From a virus: a DNA stretch of 64,000 nucleotides. This document shows, in pieces, positions 48,681 to 59,738 of the stretch. How positions within the stretch are numbered: the first letter of the stretch is position 1; each line of letters starts with the position of its first letter. Under the pieces are notes generated by a model. It was not told where the DNA came from and did no database searches. It was given only the letters and a program-made list of their open reading frames with translations. The DNA lies in IMG/VR virus record IMGVR_UViG_3300044213_000060, positions 1-64,000 of that record; one strand, written 5' to 3'. A program made the position numbers and the translations under genes.

Positions 48681-50052
48681 TTTTATGGCTAGTGCCGAGT
48701 GGATGAAAGATAATCTCGGCGAAGGCTTGTGTTTAGCTAAATGGAAGCAAGTTAGCCTGCATTTACCTACAGGCTTAAACAACAGTTGCTATCATCCTCC
48801 ACTGCATGCTATTGACGCCGATGTATTAAAAGACAATCCGGGAGCATTACATAATACAGCACACAAAAAAGCTCAACGTAAAATAATGCTTCGTCATGAA
48901 CGTCCTGGTGAATGTCAATATTGCTGGAACATGGAAGACTTGGGTAAACTAAGTGATCGTCATTATAGATCTGGAGAACGTTGGGCCGCAGAGGAATATG
49001 ATACAATTGTAAATAGTACAGGAGACGAAAACGATGTTATCCCTTCATACGTTGAGGTTAATTTTAACCACGCTTGTAATTTGGCTTGCAGCTATTGCAG
49101 TCCTCAGTTTAGCAGTACGTGGCAAACAGAAATCGACCGTTATGGTGGCTATCCTACTAGTACTATTCACAACGACCCTAGTCATTTCACTGGGCGCAAT
49201 CGTCCTATTCCCGCCTCCACTGATAACCCCTATGTAACGGCATTTTGGGAATGGTGGCCCACTTTATATCCTAAATTAAAACACTTTCGTATGACTGGCG
49301 GTGAGCCATTAATGGACAAGAATACATACCGAGTATTTGATTATGTGTTGGCTATACCTAACCCAGAATTGCATTTAAATGTAACAAGTAATTTTAGTGT
49401 CGAAGATGCATTGTTTGAAAAATATATAAATTATGTAAAACAGTTATGCAGTACCAATATTGAACATTTCATGCAGTATGTAAGTTTAGATTCTGGAAAA
49501 TACACTCACGCCGAATATATTAGACACGGCTTAAACTTTCATCGTATGCAAAATAATGTGCATAGATTCCTTGGTGAGATTCCATATCGTAATAGTCTTA
49601 CATTTATTATTACAATGAATAATTTAAGTGTATTGGGCTTACAACAACAACTGGAATGGATATTGGATTTACGTAAATCCTATAGCTCAACTTATCAACG
49701 TGTATGGTTTGACACTCCAGTATTGCGTCGACCAGAATGGCAGAGCCTGCAACTGTTACCACCTGTGTATGCAGGAGTATTAGAACGTACTGCAGACTGG
49801 ATGGAAGCAAACTTAGAAACCCCAGATAAACCATTTTGTGGATTTAAAGATTATGAAGTTCAGCGTTTACGCAGAGACATAGCATGGATGCGAGAAGGTA
49901 GCAATCTAGACCCTGACTATGTTAAACTACACAAAGGGAACTTTTATCGATTCTTTAACGAACACGATAAACGTAGAAAAACAAATTTTTTATCAACTTT
50001 CCCGCAGATGAAAGAATTCTGGAAAGAATGTGAATACTATGCCAAAAATTAA
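48667..50052 (+). CDS. Radical SAM protein 1 (N-terminal Twitch/SPASM-like domain)
   Basis: CNLACSYC and TGGEP; N-terminal C...CYH...CQYC. Confidence 0.9.
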   Translation: MTKSDFMASAEWMKDNLGEGLCLAKWKQVSLHLPTGLNNSCYHPPLHAIDADVLKDNPGALHNTAHKKAQRKIMLRHERPGECQYCWNMEDLGKLSDRHYRSGERWAAEEYDTIVNSTGDENDVIPSYVEVNFNHACNLACSYCSPQFSSTWQTEIDRYGGYPTSTIHNDPSHFTGRNRPIPASTDNPYVTAFWEWWPTLYPKLKHFRMTGGEPLMDKNTYRVFDYVLAIPNPELHLNVTSNFSVEDALFEKYINYVKQLCSTNIEHFMQYVSLDSGKYTHAEYIRHGLNFHRMQNNVHRFLGEIPYRNSLTFIITMNNLSVLGLQQQLEWILDLRKSYSSTYQRVWFDTPVLRRPEWQSLQLLPPVYAGVLERTADWMEANLETPDKPFCGFKDYEVQRLRRDIAWMREGSNLDPDYVKLHKGNFYRFFNEHDKRRKTNFLSTFPQMKEFWKECEYYAKN

Positions 50053-51199
50053 TTTAGTAGAAAATAAGACATTTTGTATGCTACCTTTTATTCATACTAT
50101 GTTAGATGAACACGATAATTTAAGACTTTGTTGTTTTTCTAATAAAGTAAAATCTTTCCCTGTTGATTTTAATTTTAAAAGCGACAAAATTCTTAATGAT
50201 GTTAGATCAAAGATGCTAGTAGGCGATAAAGTATCTTATTGTGAAACATGCTATAGTATAGAGGACTCCGGAGGCGAAAGTTTTCGTAGTATAAATTCTC
50301 TGGAATGGATGGAAAAATTAGGTATATCAGACACTGATGATTTAGAACCAGAGTTAATTTATTACGACATACGTAATGATAATTTATGTAATTTAGCATG
50401 TAGAATTTGCCACCCGGCGGCAAGTAGTCAGTTAGAAAAAGAATATAAAAAACTCAATTGGGTAATATGGCCGCGTTCACCAAAATTAAAGATAACAGAT
50501 ATTGTAAATTATTCTACAGTTAAAAAGATGTATATAGCCGGGGGCGAACCTACAATTATGCCATCATTTAGAGAATTTTTAGTTAAAGCAATCGAAAATA
50601 ATAGAACTGATATCGAGATAAGAATGTTAACCAATGCAACAAATCTAAACAAAGATATCTTGTCATTATTGTCTAATTTTAATCATCTAGAAGTATCTAT
50701 TAGTATTGATGGGTTTGATGACGTAAACACTTATATAAGATGGCCAAGTGATTGGAATTCTATAGTAAACAATATAGAAAAAATACTAAAAATAACTAAT
50801 TCTGTGTCTATCGGAATCGATGTAAATATTTGGAATATATGCAGTTTATATAAATTAATTGATTTTTTGGAGAATAAATTCCCGGGGGTAATTATTAATT
50901 TAACTGAAGGATGGCCAACAGAAGGTATAAACATTAGACCATTTAATTTTCCAAATAAAGAATTGGCGGTCGAAAGATTAAATTTAATTAAACATTCTAT
51001 TACATACCAAACTAAAACTTTGTTTAAAAATAAAATTGATTATTTTATAACTCGAATTCAAACAGAACCTATAGATTATGATGCACTAAAAAAGTTTTTT
51101 ACCTATAATGATGCACTTGATGCTAGTAGAGAAGTTAAATTAAAAGATTATATACCGGAATTAGAAGCATGCCGAGAATTAATAACGAAACAGATTTAG
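50030..51199 (+). CDS. Radical SAM protein 2
   Basis: CNLACRIC and AGGEP; N-terminal FCMLPF...CC...CETC. Confidence 0.9.
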   Translation: MNTMPKINLVENKTFCMLPFIHTMLDEHDNLRLCCFSNKVKSFPVDFNFKSDKILNDVRSKMLVGDKVSYCETCYSIEDSGGESFRSINSLEWMEKLGISDTDDLEPELIYYDIRNDNLCNLACRICHPAASSQLEKEYKKLNWVIWPRSPKLKITDIVNYSTVKKMYIAGGEPTIMPSFREFLVKAIENNRTDIEIRMLTNATNLNKDILSLLSNFNHLEVSISIDGFDDVNTYIRWPSDWNSIVNNIEKILKITNSVSIGIDVNIWNICSLYKLIDFLENKFPGVIINLTEGWPTEGINIRPFNFPNKELAVERLNLIKHSITYQTKTLFKNKIDYFITRIQTEPIDYDALKKFFTYNDALDASREVKLKDYIPELEACRELITKQI

Positions 51200-52518
51200 A
51201 ATACAAACACAGAGTGATTGATGTTAAGTCAACATCATTCTGTGGAGCAAAATGGTACAACGCCACTATCTGGTTGGGGTCAGGCATGACCACCAGTTGC
51301 CATCACCCATTGCCGCATAAAGTGGAGGTTGGTGATGTAGTACGAAATCCCAAAGCATTGCACAACACGCAACAAAAAAAGATGGAGCGTGAACAAATGC
51401 AAAAAGGTGAACGACCAAGTGGTTGTGAATACTGCTGGAAGATAGAAGATATCGGCCGCGATAATATTAGTGACCGTGTTTATAAGACAGTTATCTATTC
51501 AGATGAAGATTTAGCTTATGCATATCGTACTCCTGCAAGCCGAGATATTAATTTACAGACTCTTGAGATCGCCTTTGATCGTACTTGCCAGCTTGCTTGC
51601 AGTTATTGCAACCCAGCTTTCAGTTCTACCTGGGTCCGTGATATTGATCGTAATGGGCCTTATACCGATCTTGTCAGTGATGGCCGTAACCATTTTACGC
51701 ATAATCACAGATCATCGCAACTATACCGATTTGGCGAAGAAAATCCATATGTCACAGCCTTCCACAAATGGTGGGAATCAGATTTACATCGAACACTAAA
51801 AGAACTACGTATTACAGGTGGGGAACCGCTTATGTCAGGCGAAACGTGGCGACTTATTGATTGGTTTAAAAGTAACAAAGGTAAGTCAAAGACTAGGTTA
51901 GCCATTAACAGTAATTTAGGCCCCGATGTAGATATAGATCGTTTGTTAGATTCAATTGACGGGGTCGAAGTAGACTTATATACTAGTAATGAGTCTATGA
52001 GTTTGCAAGCAGAATATATTCGCGATGGTCTTGTGTTTGATGACTGGGCAAACAATGTAGAACGATTGCTTGATAGCGGTAAGTTTCGTGGACTACATGT
52101 TATGTGTACAATAAATGCATTGTGTTTAGACAGTATTGATAGTTTTCTAGAATGCGTTTTACAATGGAAAACCGAATATGGTCAAGATGCTATTAATTTT
52201 ACATTAAATATATTAAGGTTCCCAAGTTTTCAATCGCCATTGGTGTTTACTGATGATTTACGTTCTTATTACAAAAACAAGTTAGAAACTTGGTTTAAGA
52301 ATAATAAGCATTCAGAGTTTTTACATGAAATGGAACAAAATCAAGTTCAACGATTAATTGATTATCTTGATGTTGTTAAAACTCCGCATGCTGATGCCGC
52401 AGAAAGATCTATGCTAGAGAAAGATTTCAAACAGTTTTATACTCAATACGATTTAAGAAGAAATAAAAATTTTGTTGACGCATTTCCAAATATAGCAGAC
52501 TGGTACAATTCGATATGA
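51169..52518 (+). CDS. Radical SAM protein 3
   Basis: CQLACSYC and TGGEP; N-terminal FCGAKW...CHH...CEYC. Confidence 0.9.
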   Translation: MPRINNETDLEYKHRVIDVKSTSFCGAKWYNATIWLGSGMTTSCHHPLPHKVEVGDVVRNPKALHNTQQKKMEREQMQKGERPSGCEYCWKIEDIGRDNISDRVYKTVIYSDEDLAYAYRTPASRDINLQTLEIAFDRTCQLACSYCNPAFSSTWVRDIDRNGPYTDLVSDGRNHFTHNHRSSQLYRFGEENPYVTAFHKWWESDLHRTLKELRITGGEPLMSGETWRLIDWFKSNKGKSKTRLAINSNLGPDVDIDRLLDSIDGVEVDLYTSNESMSLQAEYIRDGLVFDDWANNVERLLDSGKFRGLHVMCTINALCLDSIDSFLECVLQWKTEYGQDAINFTLNILRFPSFQSPLVFTDDLRSYYKNKLETWFKNNKHSEFLHEMEQNQVQRLIDYLDVVKTPHADAAERSMLEKDFKQFYTQYDLRRNKNFVDAFPNIADWYNSI

Positions 52519-53855
52519 TCAAAGTATTCGATCCTTTAGAATATAAAAAAATAAAGATTGATAGCAAATCCACAAGTTTTTGTGGAGCAAAATATTATCT
52601 TGCAACTATGTGGCTACAAGCAGGAATGACGGCCAGTTGTCATCATAATCCTTCGCATGCAATAGATATTAACGAAATTGCATTAAATCCTAGTGCACTA
52701 CATAATACAAAACAAAAAAAACAAGAACGTGAAGATATGCGGCAAGGATTAAAACCCAGTGGTTGTCATTATTGTTGGAATATAGAATCTATTGGCGATC
52801 TAGCTGTAAGTGATAGAATTTGGAATAGTCATGCAAACAGTGATGAAGAATTAGATCGAGCTTTTGCAGCAGACTATGACGAAAATTTTAATTTAACTAG
52901 ATTGGAAATTAGTTTTGACAGAACTTGCCAATTCGCTTGTAGTTATTGTAGTCCATGGGTAAGTAGTTCATGGCACAAAGATATAAAAATAAACGGCACA
53001 TATAAAAATCTAGAGGTAGAAACTAGACGGCAATATACATCACCAGTAGACAACGATATGCCATATGCACCAAATGAATCTAATCCATATATAGATGCAT
53101 TTTTTAAATGGTGGGAATCAGATCTACATAAAACATTAAAAGAACTACGCATCACTGGCGGGGAACCTTTTATGAGTGGACATTTTTGGAGATTGATAGG
53201 TTGGCTACAACATCATAAAGATCAAACAACTGCAACATTTGCTATTAACACTAATCTCGGTTATAATATAAATGAATTAGAGAAATTGTTTAATAAAATA
53301 AATGGGAATAATGTAGCCTTTTATGTTAGTATTGAATCCGTCGGAGGAAAAAGTGAATATGCACGTGATGGGTTAGATTGGAACGTATTTCATAACAATT
53401 TAGAATATCTTTTTAAACAAAACTGTAAAGTATACATAATGAGTACAGTGAGTGCTATAACATTAGACGGAATGGTTGATTTTTTAGAATACAGCATGAA
53501 CTACAAACTTAAATACGGAATTTCTATATTACAATATACTATAGCTATAGTAGATCATCCTAATTTCCAAAGCCCACTAGTATTACCCTACTATATAAGA
53601 AAACAATATGCAGACGAAATACAACAATGGGTTAACAAATATAAACACAATTATCCCATGATCTTGCAAGAAGAATCGCATATTGAGAGATTAATACAAT
53701 TTTTAAAAACTCCTGACTCAGAAGAAATAAACGGAGTCCCAATAAAAGATTTAAGATCTGGATTTAAAAGTTTTTTCACACAATATGATCAACGAAGAGG
53801 AAAAAGTTTCACAGACACTTTTCCTAGATTAGCAGAATGGTACAACACACTATGA
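52515..53855 (+). CDS. Radical SAM protein 4 (close paralog of protein 3)
   Basis: CQFACSYC and TGGEP; N-terminal FCGAKY...CHH...CHYC. Confidence 0.9.
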   Translation: MIKVFDPLEYKKIKIDSKSTSFCGAKYYLATMWLQAGMTASCHHNPSHAIDINEIALNPSALHNTKQKKQEREDMRQGLKPSGCHYCWNIESIGDLAVSDRIWNSHANSDEELDRAFAADYDENFNLTRLEISFDRTCQFACSYCSPWVSSSWHKDIKINGTYKNLEVETRRQYTSPVDNDMPYAPNESNPYIDAFFKWWESDLHKTLKELRITGGEPFMSGHFWRLIGWLQHHKDQTTATFAINTNLGYNINELEKLFNKINGNNVAFYVSIESVGGKSEYARDGLDWNVFHNNLEYLFKQNCKVYIMSTVSAITLDGMVDFLEYSMNYKLKYGISILQYTIAIVDHPNFQSPLVLPYYIRKQYADEIQQWVNKYKHNYPMILQEESHIERLIQFLKTPDSEEINGVPIKDLRSGFKSFFTQYDQRRGKSFTDTFPRLAEWYNTL

Positions 53856-55174
53856 GTATACAAAAAAATTATGATTACCTGTCTAGATATCCTATGTATA
53901 TTGACAAAAATCAATTAACTGAACAACAAGAATTTCGTCTTGTTAAAAGTGATCGTTTTTGCATGATGCCATGGGTTCATATGCATGCGTTTCCGGATGG
54001 TCGTGCATATCCGTGTTGTCTAAGTGATTACTGGCACCCGGTTGGGGATTTGCGTAAAAATACAATGCAGGAAGTCTGGAACCAAAACAGGTATAAAACA
54101 ATGCGCAGAAATATGTTAAATGACAAGCCGTCTAAGGAGTGCGTAAAATGTTATGAACAAGAACAACACGGTGCATTCAGCATGCGTAATGACGCTAATA
54201 GAAACTATGGACATCACATTGCTGAAGTAGATAAAACTACTGAAGATGGTGAAAATCCAGATTTTAAAATTCGTTATTGGGATGTTAGATTTAGCAATCT
54301 TTGTAATTTTAAATGCCGTACCTGTGGTCCTATTTTTAGCAGCAATTGGTACAACGACCATGTAAAATTATTTGGTGTAGTTCCGGATGTATTATCACGA
54401 CCCATGGAGCGAGTAGAATATACTACTGGTACTGAAGATGGCATGCTTGCACAAATGGAAGAACATATCCCTTACCTTGAGCAAGTTTATTTTGCTGGTG
54501 GTGAGCCACTTATTATGAAAGAACATTATTACCTGCTTGAAAAATTAATCGAGTACGGTAAAACAGATGTTAGAATTTTATATAATACCAACTTTAGTGA
54601 ATTGCATTATAAAGATAAACATGTATTTGAATATTGGCGGCATTTTAAAAATGTCAGTGTTGGTGCAAGTTTAGATGCTAGTGGTTCAAGAGCAGAATTG
54701 ATGCGTAGTGGTACGGACTGGCAGCAAACACTAGATAATCGTCGTCGCATGATGAAAGAAGTTCCGCATGTAGATTTTTATGTAGGCTCCACAGTAAGTT
54801 CAATGAATGTGCTGCATGTGTTAGACTTTCATAGAGAGTGGACCGAATTAGGATTAATACGAGCAAAAGATTGGAATGTAAATATTTGTCAAAGTCCGGA
54901 TTGTTATAGAGCAGATATATTTCCGGAACAGTTTAAACAGGAAGTTATTAAACCTGCATATGAACGACATATAGAGTGGATCGACAGCCAAGATAATCTA
55001 AGACGTGCAACCAACGGTTTTAAAAGTATGTTAAGTTTTATATTAAACAATAACGGAGTAGAACATTGGGGTAAATTTATTGAAGAAATTAACAGACTTG
55101 ATCAAGTAAGAAATGAAAATTTTTGGAAAACATTTCCTGAACTTGCAGAATTAAAAAATTATGAACCTACCTAA
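53837..55174 (+). CDS. Radical SAM protein 5
   Basis: CNFKCRTC and AGGEP; N-terminal FCMMPW...PCC...CVKC. Confidence 0.9.
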   Translation: MVQHTMSIQKNYDYLSRYPMYIDKNQLTEQQEFRLVKSDRFCMMPWVHMHAFPDGRAYPCCLSDYWHPVGDLRKNTMQEVWNQNRYKTMRRNMLNDKPSKECVKCYEQEQHGAFSMRNDANRNYGHHIAEVDKTTEDGENPDFKIRYWDVRFSNLCNFKCRTCGPIFSSNWYNDHVKLFGVVPDVLSRPMERVEYTTGTEDGMLAQMEEHIPYLEQVYFAGGEPLIMKEHYYLLEKLIEYGKTDVRILYNTNFSELHYKDKHVFEYWRHFKNVSVGASLDASGSRAELMRSGTDWQQTLDNRRRMMKEVPHVDFYVGSTVSSMNVLHVLDFHREWTELGLIRAKDWNVNICQSPDCYRADIFPEQFKQEVIKPAYERHIEWIDSQDNLRRATNGFKSMLSFILNNNGVEHWGKFIEEINRLDQVRNENFWKTFPELAELKNYEPT

Positions 55175-56375
55175 TACTATTTGTATGTTGCCTTGGATTA
55201 GCATAGAAACTAGTCCTGTTGGAACTGCACGCCCATGTTGTATGGCACACGAAGAAATCACCGACGAACACGGGGAAAAATACGATTTAAATCAAACTGA
55301 TTTAACCACGATATACCGTAGTGAATATATGCAAAATTTGCGCAGGCAATTTCGCAATGGCCTAAAACCTGAAACATGCTCGCGATGCTGGGATGAAGAA
55401 GACGCCGGCAGAACCAGTAAACGATTGCACACACAAGATCGATTGAAGGAACTATTTGCACAAGTTGATTGGACCAATGATAACCCTGAACAACTGTGGT
55501 TTATTGATTTAAAGTTAGGCAATATCTGTAATTTAAAATGTCGTATCTGCGGTTCGTGGTCTAGCAGTAAATGGGCCGAAGAAGAACTAGCATACATGCC
55601 CGAATTAGAAGATAAAAAATCTCATCTTGCATACAAACTGCTACGTGCCGGAGCATGGCCTCGTAAAACAGAAACATTTTGGGACGATTTAAAATCACTG
55701 CTACCTAACATCAAATACTTTGAGTTTACTGGCGGCGAACCCTGGATGATTCAAGAACATTTTGACCTTCTACAATATGCAGTGGATACGGGGCATAGTC
55801 ATCATATTGATATTCACTATAATACTAATGGTTCCCAGTGGCCTAAGAATCCGCTATTATGGAAAGAATTTGGCCGGGTGGATATTGCATTCAGTATTGA
55901 CAATGTGGGCGATCGATTTGAGTATGAACGCTATGGTGCCAAGTGGGATGAAGCAAATAAAATTATTGATGCCACACATGTTTTAAAAGATACAAGTTTA
56001 CCAAATATTACCACACAACTTTGCTTTACGATCAACGTACAAAATGTTTACTACTTAGATGAACTTCTTGCGTGGGCAGATACAAAAGGATTTGGAGATA
56101 TCTATTTTAACATGATGCATGGCCCTGCACACATGAGTGTTCAATACATGCCCTTGGCTGCTAAAGAATTAGTATTAAACAAATTAAAAACAACATCTTG
56201 GACAACCAATAATTATCAACAAGAAATTAACAATATTATTAATTTTATTGAATTAGGTCCTGGCAGCGACGGAAAAGAATTTTTAATTAAAATGAAAATA
56301 ACGGATCAATATCGCCGACAAAACTTTATGGATACACATCCAGAAATAGCTGCAGCAATGGGTTATGGACGCTGA
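55161..56375 (+). CDS. Radical SAM protein 6
   Basis: CNLKCRIC and TGGEP; N-terminal ICMLPW...PCC...CSRC. Confidence 0.9.
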   Translation: MNLPNTICMLPWISIETSPVGTARPCCMAHEEITDEHGEKYDLNQTDLTTIYRSEYMQNLRRQFRNGLKPETCSRCWDEEDAGRTSKRLHTQDRLKELFAQVDWTNDNPEQLWFIDLKLGNICNLKCRICGSWSSSKWAEEELAYMPELEDKKSHLAYKLLRAGAWPRKTETFWDDLKSLLPNIKYFEFTGGEPWMIQEHFDLLQYAVDTGHSHHIDIHYNTNGSQWPKNPLLWKEFGRVDIAFSIDNVGDRFEYERYGAKWDEANKIIDATHVLKDTSLPNITTQLCFTINVQNVYYLDELLAWADTKGFGDIYFNMMHGPAHMSVQYMPLAAKELVLNKLKTTSWTTNNYQQEINNIINFIELGPGSDGKEFLIKMKITDQYRRQNFMDTHPEIAAAMGYGR

Positions 56376-57375
56376 TTTAATATTTCACCGGCAACATAGA
56401 AATTTGCCTTCGCCAAAAACAGTTACTAATACCTGTGACTGGCCATGGCATCAATTAAACATTGACAGCCAAGGGCGATTGTTTGTCTGCGGGTGTGATG
56501 CATGGGTACCGTTTAGTGCAGGTACTGTAAATGATTTTGGTAGTTTTGCACAGGTGTTTGCAAGTCCGGTTGCACAGCAAGTACAAAATGCTATTACCGC
56601 AGGTACATTTGATTACTGCGATACCCGCCATTGCGGAGTTATGCAAAACAATCAAACAACACAATATGATTATTATTTGCATATAGGTATAGATGACAGT
56701 TGTAATTTGTTATGTCCAAGCTGTCGAAAAGATAAAATATTTAGAAGTGATGCTGAATGGATTGATCCTAGACTACAATGGATAGAACAAATAAATCAAT
56801 GGATACAACAAGTTCCTGATAAGACGGTACATATTATGATAGGTGCAAATGGTGATCCATTTGCAAGTTTAATTTATAGACACTTGATTAAACGTGTTGA
56901 TTTCGCTCAAAATGTCAGTTTTAGTTTTCGCACCAATGGATTGTTAATGCAAAAACATCTGGCAGAATTTACCATACTGCCCAGGATACGCAATTTAGAT
57001 ATTAGCATAGATGCCGCAACTGCTAAAACCTATGCTATTACACGTCGTGGCGGTGATTGGGACATACTAATAGAAAATTTAAAATTTGCTCAGAGTATAA
57101 AAGAACAGTACAATATTAATCTTGTTGGCAATTTCGTAGTACAACGTGCAAACTTTAGAGAAGTTCCTGAATTTGCACAATTGTGTTGGCAGTACGAGTT
57201 AGTGCCTAGTTATCAAATATTACAAGATTGGGGTACATACAAAAACTTTAAAGAAGAATGTGTACATTTCACTGATAGCCTACACTATAATGAATTCTGC
57301 CAAATATTTAAAGACGCCAGCTGGCAAACAGACAAGATTTATTTAAACGCGGTCCATGAGTATATTAAAACCTGA
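56365..57375 (+). CDS. Radical SAM protein 7 (divergent)
   Basis: CNLLCPSC, GDPF and ISIDA; N-terminal CDWPW...CGC...CDTRHC. Confidence 0.85.
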   Translation: MDADLIFHRQHRNLPSPKTVTNTCDWPWHQLNIDSQGRLFVCGCDAWVPFSAGTVNDFGSFAQVFASPVAQQVQNAITAGTFDYCDTRHCGVMQNNQTTQYDYYLHIGIDDSCNLLCPSCRKDKIFRSDAEWIDPRLQWIEQINQWIQQVPDKTVHIMIGANGDPFASLIYRHLIKRVDFAQNVSFSFRTNGLLMQKHLAEFTILPRIRNLDISIDAATAKTYAITRRGGDWDILIENLKFAQSIKEQYNINLVGNFVVQRANFREVPEFAQLCWQYELVPSYQILQDWGTYKNFKEECVHFTDSLHYNEFCQIFKDASWQTDKIYLNAVHEYIKT

Positions 57376-58660
57376 TACACTATGTATGGCTCCGTGGACT
57401 CACACATATCTAAGTCCACAAACAGAAAGACGCATGTGCTGTGCGTCGCGAGAGCCTGCGCAGAATTTTCAGCAGTATATTGATACTGGTAGTGGTACTG
57501 GTCAGTATATACCGATCACTTTGGATGAACATTGGAATGGGGAGCATCTAAGATCAGTGCGCCTGCGCATGTTGCGCGGGGAAACCCTCCCAGAGTGTGA
57601 AGTATGCAATGACAAGCTATTGAACACTGATGTTTACCGTAGTTATTTTAATCAACTGTTTGGGCATAAGTACGATAGTGTAATTGAAACTACAGATAGC
57701 ACGGGTTATACAACAATGAAACCAGTGTCGTGGGATTATCGTTTTAGTAATCTCTGTAATTTCAAATGCCGTATGTGCGGAGACATGTTAAGCAGTGCTT
57801 GGGAGTCAGAGCAACGCCAACACAACATGGTCGATTATGCTAATCCAAAAAATAATTGGATGCGACCTGAAGTCAAGCAACAAATTGAACAGTTTCAATC
57901 TACTCAAGTAGAGCAAGAATTTGCCGATGCAGTTGAAGAACACCGTGTCGAAGAGGTCTACTGGGTAGGAGGAGAACCGTTGATGTACGAACAACACTGG
58001 AAGTACATGCAACGTATTGTTGAATTAGGAGATGGACCAAATGTTTACGCACGTTACAACACCAACCTTTCAAGGGTTCGTTACAAAGGTGTTAATTTAT
58101 ACAGCGATATTCTTGGGCATTTGCGCGATTGGCAAATTTGTGCGTCAATTGATGGCACCGGCCAAATCGGAGAATACATCCGAACAGGCCTTGACTATGA
58201 TCAATGGCTTAGAAACTTCCGTGAAGGAGTTGAGATCGCAACTAACCGACGTCAAATGCGAATTGACTTCACACTCACATTGCCAGGTATGTTCGAAACC
58301 CATAACATTATGCGATTGTCGCGAGAGCTAGATGTAGATATACTAGCTAAAGTAATTTTTAGTTTTAGCCCGGACATAGTTATGTCACCTTTAGCCCTAC
58401 CTAGAGAACTTTTAGAACCCTGGATAGACGAAACAATTAGCAAATTAGCAAGTGGTAGCAACCCGTTAAAGGATATACTTGTCCAACTAAAAACTAGACC
58501 TACATTTGCGGAACAATGGCCCAATGAATATGCCAACGCCATTGCTCGAGGCAAGGCTCGTGTGTTAAAATTAGAAAGTATACGCACACAGCCTATTACA
58601 ATGGCCGAAATATTAAAGGAAAGACCTGATGTCTACAACTGGTGGCAATCAATTGCTTGA
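57356..58660 (+). CDS. Radical SAM protein 8
   Basis: CNFKCRMC and VGGEP; N-terminal LCMAPW...MCC...CEVC. Confidence 0.9.
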   Translation: MSILKPDTLCMAPWTHTYLSPQTERRMCCASREPAQNFQQYIDTGSGTGQYIPITLDEHWNGEHLRSVRLRMLRGETLPECEVCNDKLLNTDVYRSYFNQLFGHKYDSVIETTDSTGYTTMKPVSWDYRFSNLCNFKCRMCGDMLSSAWESEQRQHNMVDYANPKNNWMRPEVKQQIEQFQSTQVEQEFADAVEEHRVEEVYWVGGEPLMYEQHWKYMQRIVELGDGPNVYARYNTNLSRVRYKGVNLYSDILGHLRDWQICASIDGTGQIGEYIRTGLDYDQWLRNFREGVEIATNRRQMRIDFTLTLPGMFETHNIMRLSRELDVDILAKVIFSFSPDIVMSPLALPRELLEPWIDETISKLASGSNPLKDILVQLKTRPTFAEQWPNEYANAIARGKARVLKLESIRTQPITMAEILKERPDVYNWWQSIA

Positions 58661-59738
58661 TCAATTTGAAATAGTTTTACAGGATAATAATGATCCACTA
58701 ACTGTTTATGTTGATGTGTATGACAATTCACTTGGCCGTAAATGGCTATCTGCACTTAATGATTTAATTGCAAACAATTATCACCTTGAAAAGAATTACT
58801 GTTTTTTTGGATTTGTCAATAGCAAGCGCAATGGTCAGTATATGCTTAATCAAGTAAATCAGTCAATCTCTGCAATTAATAATGCTAATTTAGGATATCA
58901 CATAGATGATTATTTTTCCATGGATAATTGTATCAGTGATAAATCCGAAGATGGTAGAGCATTTGGCAGAAACATTGTGCACGATAAATTTAATCATCTG
59001 CATAGATATTTTGAAGACCTTCAAGGAGTTAGCGGACAAATGTCGCCGTTCTATCAACAAGCCAATGACGCAATACGTTGGCATATACGACAATTAAATT
59101 TATTGTGTCACGAATTTGAATCTTGGGCACTTAGTTATCGTAAACAAATAGAAGCACCAGAATGGCAACGGCCCAGCCAATTGATGTGTTGGTTGCATGC
59201 CCCTCGGTTCACGCTAGATGAAGAAGATTATGAATTATTTGGTGTTGACACTATAAATCGCAGTCTCGGGGGAGTCTATGTTGGAGTTAATAAAGCGGTT
59301 GGCAAACATCATTGGGAAGTATTTAATGACGAAGGTAGAGATAGTAGGATAGATGAATTAACAACAACAACACTAAGAAGTCAAACCGAAGCTGCCGGAG
59401 ATTTTGATATAGAATGGGCAAACGATCCTGGAAAATATCATTGGCAACAGCGCAGACTACAAGAATTCAGAGATTGGCTTACTGCAAACAACTTTGACCC
59501 TGATGATAAAAGTTTAACCATAGGACATCCAAAAGTTGGACAAGTTGATTTAGTTCGTAGTTTTGGTACAGAAAATTATGAAATAATCTGGCGCTTATTG
59601 TTGGATAGATTAAATGTGCAGAGTATATCTACATCTACTGCACAAGCTGTATACAACTATAATTGGTCCAACGCTGATTATATGCAACAACAAATTGAAA
59701 GTTTAAAACCAGGATATGATCTTAGTAGCCGGGGGTGA
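58629..59738 (+). CDS. Hypothetical protein
   Basis: 369 aa with NHLHRYFE and LNLLCHEFE His/Glu motifs (possible metal binding). Confidence 0.7.
   Translation: MSTTGGNQLLDQFEIVLQDNNDPLTVYVDVYDNSLGRKWLSALNDLIANNYHLEKNYCFFGFVNSKRNGQYMLNQVNQSISAINNANLGYHIDDYFSMDNCISDKSEDGRAFGRNIVHDKFNHLHRYFEDLQGVSGQMSPFYQQANDAIRWHIRQLNLLCHEFESWALSYRKQIEAPEWQRPSQLMCWLHAPRFTLDEEDYELFGVDTINRSLGGVYVGVNKAVGKHHWEVFNDEGRDSRIDELTTTTLRSQTEAAGDFDIEWANDPGKYHWQQRRLQEFRDWLTANNFDPDDKSLTIGHPKVGQVDLVRSFGTENYEIIWRLLLDRLNVQSISTSTAQAVYNYNWSNADYMQQQIESLKPGYDLSSRG

Noticed and set aside
48667-58660. Assigning the radical SAMs to MoaA, QueE, NrdG or anSME
   Set aside because: They lack those families' specific features (e.g. the MoaA C-terminal cluster and GG tail) and partner genes; only the superfamily call is supportable.
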